A DNA stretch of 64,000 nucleotides from positions 77,500,001 through 77,564,000 of the forward strand of contig NW_026262745.1 in NCBI RefSeq assembly GCF_021869535.1, given 5' to 3'. The stretch is from Mytilus californianus (Eukaryota). Below, piece by piece: positions 25,847 through 37,142 of the stretch; the first letter of the stretch is position 1; each line of letters begins with the position of its first letter. The position numbers and the translations under genes are program-made. The notes under the pieces are model-generated. The model was not told where the DNA came from. It ran no database searches and saw nothing but the letters and a program-made list of their open reading frames with translations.

Positions 25847-26250
25847 CCAGAAAAGCGCTTCGGACGCATGAAATTATTAAACGTGTTGTTTTCAATCTTT
25901 TACATCACTGGGTCGATACCTCTGCTGGTGGAATATCAGTCCCCGAGGGTATCATCAGCTCAGTAGTCAGTACTTCGGTACTGACATGATTTATAACAAA
26001 CCTTTCTAAAATTGTCCGTTGATAAATTTTGAAATTATAAAGAAACTAAGGTTTCAACTCCCTCAGGCAAAGTTGACCTTAGATGAATTTGGCTATTTGT
26101 TTTATGTATTTTTGTCATATAGCTCTTTAACTGTTTCGGTACTTATACATCCCTCGGATTTCAAATTTTTGGCTTTGAGCGTTCCTGATGAAGGTAAATC
26201 CAGAAAAGCGCTTCGGACGCATGAAATTATTAAACGTGTTGTTTCAATTT
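25847..26250 (+). ncRNA. Non-LTR retrozyme-like unit with minimal type I hammerhead ribozyme
   Basis: About 45-nt direct repeat CCAGAAAAGCGCTTCGGACGCATGAAATTATTAAACGTGTTGTTT at 25847 and 26200. The second copy completes GCGTTC-CTGATGA-aggtaaatcca-GAAA-A-gcgc-T-TC^GGACGC (6-bp stem I, palindromic loop III). Predicted cleavage sites 25861 and 26214 are 353 nt apart. Confidence 0.75.
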
Positions 26251-27287
26251 TTTACCATATAACCCTGTTACCATTTCTTGGTGTTCAGTGTTTTGGGTTT
26301 GAGCATTCCTAATGAAGATAATTGCATAAAAGGCACCAAATTCATAAAGTGTATTTTCTCATTTTCATAGTTGAACTATAGTTCATGTTAAATGTGCCCT
26401 GGTTTTCTGTGTTGTTAGCTACATGTATTCATGCCCGTCTTCGTCATGTAAATTATATGGTACGATCTGATCGTGTGGCTATTTCAGATGACATAACAAA
26501 AAAGTATTTAACAAACCTATATAAAATAAAGAAAGGTCTATTTTGTTAATAGTGACTAATAAAACACATCAAACATAGAGAATTATCAATCGGCAATCCT
26601 CGGTTGAATCCGCTACTCTCCTTAGATGAAGGTACGGAATCGGCCGAGTTGTGACGAATGAGAGAATTATATGCATATTGTACCATCTTAGGAAGCTTAA
26701 CAAGGGTAAAATACTAGTATTTAGTTTTGACATGTTTAAGTAGACTATTATGTTTGGATAAGTATCGGCGGTATCTTGACCCGTATTGTCAGAAGTGTTA
26801 ACACTCATGATAGCCATGTCACTCTTACGTTTTAATACTGAAGACCGTTTTGTTTATTCATAATTTTTTCCCGTGATATTCATTTAGATTAATGGTCAAA
26901 TTATATTTATATCATTATGAAAAAAATGATAAATTCAAATCTAAGATCTAAAAAAATAAGCACACAAGTTAAAAATATTTACAAAAAAGACAAAATATTA
27001 ACTCTCTCTCTCTTATCTTTTTTCTCTCTCTCAGTTTACAAAAATGTACACAAACAAAATAGGCATGCTACTTGGGATAAATGTATTTATGCCATCATTA
27101 AAATTAATTCTTTATAAGTATTCATATTAACGTTAAACAGATTTAACTCTGCATTTACTAAACTGTGAACGGAAATTTCAACTTGAAAGGTGAAAAGCGC
27201 TTTAATATACATGTATATCATATTTATCTTGTTAAAGTGCGTTATTTAGAACATTTGTTTTTCCAACGCCCGAAAACTTGCTACACA

Positions 27288-27495
27288 ATGGATTACAAGC
27301 TCGTGCATAGTGTGCAATACGAGGACTGCAATGTTCACAGAAGTATCAGTAATGAAGCCGAGTCAATGTGGTACAAGAGACCGGTATGGAAGGGATTCTG
27401 TGGAGGTCTAGCTATTGGTATACTTATCTCAATTGTTATTTGTTTGGTTGCTGGAACTATTTTGTTCAAGGGATGTCATAGAAATATTAATTGTG
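27288..27495 (+). CDS. Gene C exon 1: cytoplasmic tail + signal-anchor TM (type II membrane protein)
   Basis: acaATGG; MDYKLVHSVQYEDCNVHRSISNEAESMWYKRPVWKG-FCGGLAIGILISIVICLVAGTILF-KGCHRNINC; basic residues precede the TM; donor G|GTGAGT, phase 1. Confidence 0.85.
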
Positions 27496-28188
27496 GTGAG
27501 TGTGATAAAAAATGTATTCACGGAGGGTAAATATCAATAGCTTTTCGTTATAACTAATTTAATATGTTAGTGTTTTTTTTTTTTTTTCTTTTTCTTTCTT
27601 AAAGGTGGTTGAGGCTATATATAATTGAATAAAATAATTGCGCAGTCTATTAGATAAATAAATGATGTCAGTTAGATAATATTTAAACGTTTTAATCATT
27701 AATTATTTTAAAACTGCAAGCTGTACAATTTTGAACTGTCGGGTGGCATGGAAGCTAGTACTTTTGTTGTACTGACATACAGATATTACCTTAGAATTGA
27801 CTGAATTCTAAAAGTCATTCCCCGATAATTTTGGTTTTATTTAGAATGCATTTTTAAATCTTCCTTGTAAGACATTTAGGATGGATCAACAAATATATTC
27901 CTGTATCGATGTGCAAGTGCAAATTATTTATTGGAAATCTCGTAGACATATAGACATTAATTTTCTGACTAGGGTGATTATCATTCACAAGGATGCCCAC
28001 ATGTTCCAATAACAATGTAAAATAGCAAATAACCACCTCAGAACGATTTGAATACCTTTCATTGTTGCAGATAACATCCTTTACTCCAGATGTTTTCTAT
28101 TCTTTCATTTTTGTCGTTAGGTTACGGTCTCCTTGACGTATATCCTACATTGGTTTTATATGAAATAATATCAGAATTTATTTTTCAG

Positions 28189-28347
28189 AATCAAGTCAAA
28201 GTTTGCAGTACCAGGCCAACAAATCTATAAATGAAAGTGAAGGAATTACAATCGATATAAAGCAATTTTCTACACCAGCGACGACAACTTTTTATCAGCC
28301 ACAATCCACTGCTGCTCAGAAAACAATGCACACATGCCAAGTTGCAG
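28189..28347 (+). CDS. Gene C exon 2: Ser/Thr/Gln-rich stalk
   Basis: tttttcAG; ESSQSLQYQANKSINESEGITIDIKQFSTPATTTFYQPQSTAAQKTMHTCQVA; 159 nt, phase 1-1; sequons NKS and NES; donor G|GTATTG. Confidence 0.8.
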
Positions 28348-28529
28348 GTATTGCGAAATTGAAATGTTCCTTTAAATTTTGTTTCTTATCGCATTTGGAC
28401 AAACATTTTATATACGTTTTACTGAATTATCATTGACAGAGATGACGAAACCAATTGTACTATGTTTTTATTTCTAAAGTGTGCTGTTACACCACAGTCC
28501 AAGATTAGATGAGTGCTGTTCGCCTGCAA

Positions 28530-28860
28530 ACATGTCTAACCCCGCCAAATTCTTTATTTGCCTGTCCCAAGTCAGGAGACTGTTATTCAGTGGTTCTCGA
28601 TTGTTGCTGTACATTGGATATCATATTTGTTTTTCGTCCATTGTTTTGTACACAAATCAGGCCGTTTTTTCTTCGCGTTTGAGTTGTTTTACACTTTTCA
28701 TTTCGGGGCCTTTTGTAGCTTACATTGTAATAAGCGGTACGGGCTTTGCCCATTTTTGAATTCTGCACGGTGACCTATAGTTGCATACATCTACGTCATT
28801 TGGTCTCTGGTGGAGAGTTGTCTCATTGGCGATAATAACACATCTTTGTATTTTTATAAG
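28530..28860 (-). repeat. High-copy interspersed repeat in gene C intron 2
   Basis: Reverse complement of the 19125/41887 family; explains ORFs 28481, 28558 and 28583. Confidence 0.8.
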
Positions 28861-29404
28861 ATATTATTTCTAGAATCAAAGCTTATGTATTATTAGTTGC
28901 ACCGTCAAAATATCATTGAGTTATTTTTTATTCGATTTATGTTTCATGTACACCTATGTACGTTAACATAGACTAAAAGGTTTTAAAAATATAGTGCTCA
29001 GTGTTTAGTTTTCTATTTTTTGTTTTGTAGACTGTTGTGACTATTTTCGTCTTTTTTTTAATTTTTTGTCATGGCGTTGTCAGTTTTTCTTCGACTTGTT
29101 AGTTTGAATATCCTTCGGAATCTTCCTCCTCTCTTTATCTGTAACTTTTATATTTACATAGTCTTGTGGTATAGTATTACATTAATTTCCAAAGTCAAAC
29201 AATTAAGTGGCTATTTTAATTAAAAAAGCTGTCTTGCATTTATATTTTTAAATAACAGCATGTACCAAAATCAGAAAATGCGAGTATTATGTCTAAATCT
29301 ACAAATATATATTGTTTCTCTGTTATCAAGACAAATAACTATATTTTGTCCTGGCCATGATTGTTACGCAAAAATGCAGACCATTGGTTATTAAATGTCT
29401 TATA

Positions 29405-29499
29405 GAAGGTCGGTGGTTTTCTCCGAGCACTCCGGCTTCTTCCGCCGATAAAACCCGACCGCCACGATATAGCCAATAGAGCTGATACTGGTGTTAAAC

Positions 29500-29538
<39 letters not shown>
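29405..29538 (+). mobile_element. 5'-truncated SINE (V-domain-like) with (TCAA)n tail
   Basis: GGTCGGTGGTTTTCTCCGAGCACTCCGGCTTC..GTTAAACA(TCAA)n; same family as the full-length copy at 34850-35122. Confidence 0.8.
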
Positions 29539-29541
<3 letters not shown>

Positions 29542-31352
29542 CAATCCTAAAGTAATTGTTTATTTTCTGCTTAATTTTATCTTGTGCGATATTTTTTGCT
29601 TTTTCTGTTCTGTTTGTGGTACTTTTGCTCTATTTAAAGGGAAAAGTTCATGTTTACAAGATTGATTGATTAGTTATTGGTGTCTATAAAAGCACTTGGC
29701 TATATTATTGATTCCAATTTTGATTTGTGGTGGAATTCGGAATTACTTGAGATTTAGTCTACCTCTTTAAACTTGCTTTTATGAAAATGCATAAATCATT
29801 ATCTGAGAATTAATTTTCATTTTTTAATTTGTCTATTTTAGTTCTATCTCGTTATGTTTGTTTGTTTGTTTGGTCGTTTGTTTGTTTGTTTTTCCTCAAT
29901 CGTATAAATTAAATACTACTAGCATCGTGCTAATAGATTGAAAAAGTAATAGCAACAAATTACCCTATTAGAAACTAGGATACGTAAGAGAAAGGAATTA
30001 ATAACAAAGAAATAAACAAGGTGAAATTTTATAAACAAAGAAAACCTTGACTAAGTGATCTTAATACTAAAAGTATTACGATTGGCTTATATTTCTGAAT
30101 TGTCCAATCCGGCATGTACGTATTATTTTGAGTACCTTTTTCCTGTAGTGATCTCAGTCGTGTGATTTAAGGAGGCTGTAAATATATAAAGAGACTTATT
30201 GAAAGTGTTTGACTAGACGTTTTTGATCAAGTTGTTGAATAAAACCCCAACCCTCATTGTTTGGGTACGTTTAACGTTGAATATTGTTTTCATTTAATTT
30301 AATTTCTATACTTGCACTCTACAATTATCGTTAGTAGTGTGTTTAAGGATAAGAACAACATGAACACATAAAATAAGCAAATATAACATGAAATACTGTA
30401 CTAAGAAAAAATTGATATAGAAATTTAAAACACTTTTTTTTTTAAAAGGGAGGGAGGCATTGCCCCAAGCGCCTGTAACAAGATAAGGATCGATTTACAA
30501 TGGTACATGTTGAACGATCAAATAACCATAATAGCATTTTCGCTTGTAAATGTGTCTCTCTTCTTATAACAACAATAAATATATATATATGTTAGTAATA
30601 ATAAATTTCTTGTTATGATTTCATTGTGGATTCTTATATTTACCATTTAGTAGCCAACCGATACATATCAAAAAGGGAAATGTTGAGTTCTCAAATTCTG
30701 TTTAATAAAAGTTACAGTTTTTCCCCCAATAAAACTTATTTTAAAATTCTGAGGTCGTTTTCCATACTTCTTTATATAGATAAACTGAGAGTAGTATCGA
30801 ATTTAATATTGTGTACATCCGTACATGTATGTAAAATTGAACAGTCCCAATCCAACTACATATTTTGATGATTATTGAATGTTCTAGAAAAAAGTTGTCT
30901 TATCCCTATGGAGATAATAGATACTTAATTCAGAAATTTCAACATTCATTTAAAAGAACTGTCGAATATATCAAAGTCATCGTTTAAAAGTCATAATGTA
31001 ATACTTATAAACTTGTGCGTTTACTTTTTTTTAAAGGAGCAGTAGCTAAGAGATATAAAAAAAATTAAATGTGATTTTTTTTTGTTCAACCATTAATGAA
31101 AGTGATATAGTGAAATAATAATTCGCTTTTAGAAGCCAATTTGGTTCAACTTTGTCAAAGTAAGCAAATTAATTAAAGTACTTAAATACAGGAAATTGAT
31201 TATGTTATTGTAATCTGATATTTTTCTCACACCTTCATACAAAAGATTTTTTTATGTTCTTATCTTTTGTGTTCCCACAACAAAAGATTGTATGCAACTA
31301 TATAAACAAGTACAATTATTTTTTTTTTAATGCAATTTGTTTTCTTTCTAAG

Positions 31353-31535
31353 GAGGATGTAACCAACCACCTCAATTAAAAGATGGAATGGAATGTCTGT
31401 TTGAATCTAAAGATGGCAGAGCATCTGTCCGTTATACGTTACTAACTAAACAGAATGTTGATACATTTGATCATTGTCCGGTGTCGTATTGTCAAGGACA
31501 AAACTACTGGAGCGTGTTCAATGCGTCTTTATCAG
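31353..31535 (+). CDS. Gene C exon 3: divergent sushi/CCP-like domain
   Basis: ttctttctaAG; GGCNQPPQLKDGMECLFESKDGRASVRYTLLTKQNVDTFDHCPVSYCQGQNYWSVFNASLS; C..PP.L.DG / VRY / CQ...WS spacing; 183 nt, phase 1-1. Not in the ORF track. Confidence 0.8.
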
Positions 31536-32257
31536 GTATGTAATATACGAAAAAGAGACAGCAAAGGCCCAATAATCGTTATAATATATCTTTTGTGTTA
31601 TTTTCTGGCATGTTTATGATTTCAAGTGTTTTTAACGATACAAAAAAACAATTTCAGCTATTCCCAAAGTGATGAGTAAGTCTTGTAAGGTGATTTACTT
31701 TCGCGGAAATACTTCTGATCTGAGCAACAGCGCAAATATGCCTTCCTATTCAAATTTCATATCTTTTAACTTTCACCAAGAGTTCTACAGTGATGCCAAG
31801 TCCTTAAACTTTCATTTGATACCAAAATGACCAACATATACTGACAAAGTAAAAGCTTTGCATAGGAACTGTTTTATTAAAATATGTACTACTTTTTGAC
31901 CGGTCCGAATTAGTTGTTCGAAACCTTAAGTTGAATAACAATATCTAGAGGAGATTCATTATGTAAACATCAGTGCAAAATCAACAAAAAAAATATTAAT
32001 GTTAGCAGCAACGACAATGACAAAATCAGCAGCAATTAACATCAGCAACAATAAATTACAAACAACGTCCTCTACAATGCACTATGAAATTTACGTGAAA
32101 TACTCGGATCTATACCAGTCACCAAAGACTGCGGTGTAGACAAATCATGATAAAGAAAATAAGAATTCATAATAATACCAACATCAAATATTAATGAATT
32201 AACAATATAATAAGACAGAGGTGTAATATCTCAAAATCAACACAATAAACGTCTATT

Positions 32258-32560
32258 TGAGGAATGACTGTAATATTTTCTGTCTATGAAGAAATAACAT
32301 AAAAAATGTGGTACACACTGAATAACCCGCTACGCGGGTTATTTAAAAGTGTGCACCAAATTGTTTCTGTTATTTCGAATAGACAGAAAAAAACATTACA
32401 GTCATTCCTTATAATTGAATTCTAAAAAGGAGTAAATCATGATAAAAACGTTGATGACGTTACGGTCACATGACAAAATTATGTCTATGAGCTGATAGAC
32501 AAAAGCCTTCAGCCAATCAGAAGACGTGTTACATCCAAAATTAAATTATTTGTTTATATA
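32258..32560. mobile_element. Non-autonomous element with about 150-bp palindrome (Crypton-like), just upstream of the kringle exon
   Basis: GGAATGACTGTAAT..AATAACCCGC-tac-GCGGGTTATT..ATTACAGTCATTCC hairpin; TATTT at both ends; absent from the paralogous intron at about 46320. Confidence 0.7.
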
Positions 32561-32584
32561 CATTGCATAATTTATTTTTCACAG

Positions 32585-32841
32585 CAAATGAATGTTATAC
32601 AACCGGTTCCTATGGTGCGGTGTATAAAGGGAAGATTACATGTACAGTTACTGGTCGTGCATGTCAAAGATGGGATCGTGATTATCCACAAAAAAGAAAT
32701 AGGAAACATATACCATCAAATTCTGATGATCTCCATAGTAACTACTGCCGGGATCCTGGACCTCCGTACGATGGATCCCCATGGTGTTATACAACCGATC
32801 CTAAGGTCAGATGGGAATTTTGTCACGTTCCACTTTGTTAA
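32585..32841 (+). CDS. Gene C last exon: kringle domain ending at the stop
   Basis: atttttcacAG; ANECYTTGSYGAVYKGKITCTVTGRACQRWDRDYPQKRNRKHIPSNSDDLHSNYCRDPGPPYDGSPWCYTTDPKVRWEFCHVPLC*; CQRW, NYCR, PWCYT and RWEFC kringle motifs. Four exons total 807 nt (268 aa + stop). Confidence 0.93.
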
Positions 32842-33559
32842 AAAATAGTTATTGTAAAAACTAATGCAGCACATTGGTGTATTCAGTGGGAAAATGTGGA
32901 ATTCCGGAACTCAAAACGCTTTATTTCCCGAAATTGTTTTTTTTTCTTTTATTTTAATTTTACTACTTAAATACACTTTTTTCATGAATATTGGATTATC
33001 TATTTCACCAAATATTTCATTCTATAGAGTAAACAAGATAATCTGTTTTCATCTGTTATTTGTTTTATTTGTGTTTAATGTATTTTATTTATTTATAACG
33101 TATAAGAAAATCAGAATGATGATAAACACATTAGATAGAATGATTCATTTTGTTAAACGTCGGTGCCAAAACAACACCCACAAAAAAACAGTAAAAACAA
33201 CAAAACCACCAAAATACCAAATAACTTCCTTAAAAATGCACTATAAAACGAGCGTAATTCCCTCGGGTCTTTACTTAAATATGTCACAAAAAGAATAAAA
33301 CCACAACTTAGCCAGTAAAGGGGCTTCATTTTGTATGATTTATCAAACTTTTGCAACTGATTTTTTTTCCGTGATGACAGCTATCCACCAGGGACAAAGG
33401 ACGAGGATGTTTACTTTTATACTACTACGATTATTTTGGCTGATTGAGATTTAATAATACGGTTATTTCTAATTTAAAGAAAAAAAAATGACAAACAATA
33501 TTTGGAGTAAGAGACACAATGAAAGTCGTAAGCACATCTAAAAATGTCAGACACCCTCT

Positions 33560-33970
33560 GGGCTGAACCTCGTAGTTATTTTTATTCGAACCAACTTTTT
33601 CCGATTGTGACTTATTCCGCTAGTAAAACCCTTGCTAAAGGGGTGCGTCTATTCGACTATGTGGGATATATAAACACAGTCACGCACGGTCGGAAAGGCG
33701 ACATTAAATTCGATGCCTCTTCAAGTTAAAGAATCCTTGCAACAATGCTGGGGGATCCGTAGGTGTTCTGTTACTAGGCAAAATTACTAGGCAAAATGTT
33801 TTTGTCCCTATATCCATTTGATCCGTTATTGTACCGTGGCAAATCAAATCCCCGCCCTTCATTCCGATCGATTCCTACCAAATGTATTTATTGTTATCTT
33901 ATTTTGTCCTGTACATGCATGAATTTTTTGTCACGGGACGTTAAGCAGAAAAAAAAACAATCAATCAATG
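33560..33970 (+). mobile_element. Old SINE-like element shared by both duplicated copies
   Basis: Colinear with 48570-48990 including downstream flank; central GTTAAAGAA(T/C)CC core; 3' GACGTTAAGCA..(TCAA)n tail as at 21440. Confidence 0.6.
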
Positions 33971-34317
33971 ATCGATCTCCTTCTAAAGTTGTTATTCTTT
34001 AAAGTCATATTTAACAAATATCCACTTCAATATAATTCGCCACGAATCATTGATAGTGATAATAATTAAGTGAATTGAGTATTACAATTTGAAGTATATC
34101 CGTGTATTTAAGCTAGAAAGAAGCTTAACATTTGGGTATTGTTAATGTGTCAATGTTCTAGAAAGAACAAGTCGTCACCAAGTCTTCAAATTATGGATTG
34201 ATAAGAAAAGATAATTATTATATTAAGAAATACAGAGATTGAGATTACATTATTAATAATATCAATGTCTGCAACTTGTACAATTGCTTATGTCCGTTCG
34301 TTGACCTCTAGACGTCT

Positions 34318-34812
34318 ATTTATGGCTCTCTACAACTTTTGGCCATATAGTTTTACCCTTATCCGTCATTCCGTCATTCCATCATTCTTTCTTTCCGTGA
34401 TTTCGTCATTTCATCATTCCGCAACGAACAGTGATACGGAATTTTTTTCTAAACGCCTTCACATATTGAGTTGATTTTTAGTATATGATGAGTTACAGAT
34501 CAAGTATACGATTGGTTCCGCTCCGTTAAATTTAGCCGAAGATACGGGCTTTGGACTTTGAAAATTGCATGAAAATATCAATTATACGGACTTTTTTTCT
34601 AAACGCCTCCACATATTGAGCTGATTTTTAGTATGTGAGTCTAATGTGATGAGTTACAGATCGAGTTTACGTTTGGTTTCGCTCCATTAATTTTTGCTGA
34701 AATAAGGAGCTTTGGACTTTGAAAATTTTGTACATTTTTTCACTCCTAAAAATGGCTTCAAGCTTTTTTTTAGCGAGAGGGGCCATTCGTGTCGTTCCGA
34801 CACATCCAGTTG
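34318..34812 (+). mobile_element. Helentron-type non-autonomous element (DINE-1/HINE/pearl-like architecture)
   Basis: (CCGTCATT)n microsatellite, two tandem repeats of about 150 bp (starting near 34436 and 34586), 3' GGGGCCAT sub-terminal repeat and GTGTC-gttcc-GACAC stem-loop. Confidence 0.7.
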
Positions 34813-34849
34813 TTTTTTGTAGCATTGAATTGCAATTTTTATGATTTAA

Positions 34850-35122
34850 TTTGAATTTTGATTTTTGGTGTTTTAACACCACTTTTAAGCACCGCTTTTG
34901 GCTATTTCGTGGCGGCCAGTTTTTATGGTGGAGGAAGCCGGAGGGCCTGGATAAAACCACCGACCTTCGATAGGAAAACTGACAATCCTAGTCAATTAAG
35001 ATTGGAGTCGAGTGCACCCGCACGAGCGGGGTTCGAACTCACAACCTCAGTGTTGACTGGCTAGTGATTACAGTAGTCCAGTAGTACAGTAGTACTTAAA
35101 CCACTCGGCCACCGAGGCCCCC
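34850..35122 (-). mobile_element. Full-length tRNA-derived SINE (V-domain-like)
   Basis: Minus strand GGGGCCTCGGTGGCCGAGTGG (A box, 35101-35111), GAGTTCGAACC (B box, 35030-35040), central CCTCCGGCTTCCTCCACC, A/T-rich tail. Confidence 0.85.
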
Positions 35123-35297
35123 AAATTTTGATGACGTATACTCAACATCTTATTATATTCATAGTTGACGTTTATGAGTCTACTTGTGGTCGTTGCTTAA
35201 AAATCTTTTCTATTATGACCGTATATTTACTTTTCATTTTAGTTCATCGTCAAATTATCTTTTATGCGTTACAATTAATTGCTTTCATTCAGTATTA

Positions 35298-35502
35298 TGG
35301 ACTACTTTATTACTAGCCTGTCCACACCGAGGTTGTGATTTCGAATCCCGCACGTGGCAGGTGTGCTTAGTTGACTAGGATTGTAAATTTTCCTATCGAG
35401 GTTCGGTGGTTCTCTCCGGGCATTCCGCCTTCCTCTCCCAATTAAAACTTACAAAATAGTGCTGAAAGTAGCGTTGAACATCAATCAAACAATCAATCAA
35501 TC
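35298..35502 (+). mobile_element. SINE copy, head-to-head with 34850-35122
   Basis: GAGGTTGTGATTTCGAATCCCGC..TTGACTAGGATTGT..CGGTGGTTCTCTCCGGGCATTCCG..(TCAA)n. Confidence 0.8.
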
Positions 35503-37142
35503 ATTCAGTATCATAGTAATTTATTCAGATTTTTTTCCAAACAAGATCAAGAAAACAGTTCATTCAAAATGTATGATTTATTATTAATTTATTCTTTGAA
35601 CAATAATATATCCTACGTTTTTCGTTATTATACAACACCCATAAAAGACACGTGTGGTGCAGGATCTGCTTAATATTTCAGGGCACTGCTATCAACATCC
35701 GGTTTTTCTGTTGGGTCGTGTTGCTCAGACTTTAGTTTTCTATTTGTTCTGTGTACTGTTTTCCTGGTGTTTTAACATACTCTTGTCATGCTTGTGTCAT
35801 TGCTATATTGACGAGTACCTCTCAAGCCTCGTTTTCCGATATTCAGACGGCATAGTCTTTATAGTATGATACCAGTTCTGCTAGTATACCATTCGGATTC
35901 TCCTATCAATTCAAGCAGTAAGTAAACTGTTAAAAAAAGCAATAAACATTCTACGGAACGTTATGCTTTTTATACGATTTGGTAGTTTTTTTCAACTATA
36001 AAAATAAATCTGACTCAATATTACGAATTCGTGTAAATAAAAACATATCCTACTTTTGTTTGCCTTATCATTACCAGTAAACTTACCGTTAAAAATTATA
36101 TATTTTTCTGTGTTTTTGTGCTTATGGGTTGCTGTCGTATTGTCAAAATGCGTCACATTCCTTTCTTCTCAATGTATAGTTTTAATAGTATGTAAACAGT
36201 TCTGCTTCTCAATTTCAAACCTACACAGTCTGTATAAATAGATATAGGAAGATGTGGTATGAGTGCCAATGAGACCACTCTCCATCCAAGTTACAATTTA
36301 TAAAAGTAAACCATTATAGGTCAAGGTACGTTCAACACCGAGCAACATACAACAAATACTGCGATTTGATTTAAACAATATCCATTATTTGTTTACATAT
36401 ATGTAGTTGTCTTTTATCCATATTGTGTTATGTCCCTTTAAACGCCTAGTCTGCATTCCTTGTATAGCAGTCAGATACTCTCCTCAATTTAAGAATTCCG
36501 TCGACTGTAAAAAAAAAAAAGGATTATATACATTTTACAAAATAATATGCTTTTAATACGAGTTGGTAATTTTTTCAACGACAAAAATCCTACTCACACT
36601 TATGAATTCGTTTACCATTAACATACCCTACTATATTCAGGCGCGTAGCTACGTTTACGTCAAAACGCCCGGGCGTACACATGAATTTAGGAGAAAAAAT
36701 TATTTAATCTAAACAAATAAGAAAAAAAACCTTAAAAGCGCACGAGCCTTGTTATTCTTTCTTCAATAATAAAAGTGACGAAATTTACTTTTTAATGAAA
36801 TGGTATCATATTACATATTTGTTCATTTTCTGTCAAAGTCTGAATCTACTGTGAATTCTACTCAGTTTTCTATTGTTTTAAGCAATTCATTCGATATGTG
36901 GTTTGCTTTTTTGATGAGCCTGCGACATTTATGTCGCGAAAACGAGATCGTGGCTTAGCGATCCTAGATTCCGTCGGCGTCGTCAACATTTAGGTTCAGT
37001 CTGTTGTTAAAGTTATTTTTGATTTTATCAATAACTTTGTCAGACCTTCATAGAATTTTACGGAAGTTGGACAGAAGCTTTTTAAGACCAAATTTAAGAC
37101 AGTATTCAGATCAAAATTTTATAAATATTTATTTTTATTTTT

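Noticed and set aside
26540-26830. GC-richer block with GAAG|GTACGG upstream of gene C, and an 82-aa minus ORF
   Set aside because: Could be a 5' UTR exon but there is no independent support; the ORF has no recognisable features.
32864-33298. 144-aa ORF after the kringle stop
   Set aside because: Low-complexity AT-rich 3' UTR; hydrophobic residues reflect T-rich sequence; not conserved as an ORF in the duplicate.
35030-35122. tRNA gene
   Set aside because: A and B boxes are present but there is no cloverleaf or acceptor stem and it runs into a SINE body.
35865-35917. MIPVLLVYHSDSPINSS + GTAAGT as an alternative first exon for the duplicate gene
   Set aside because: Hydrophobic core too short for a signal peptide, no similarity to gene C exons 1-2, and the downstream exons are disabled.
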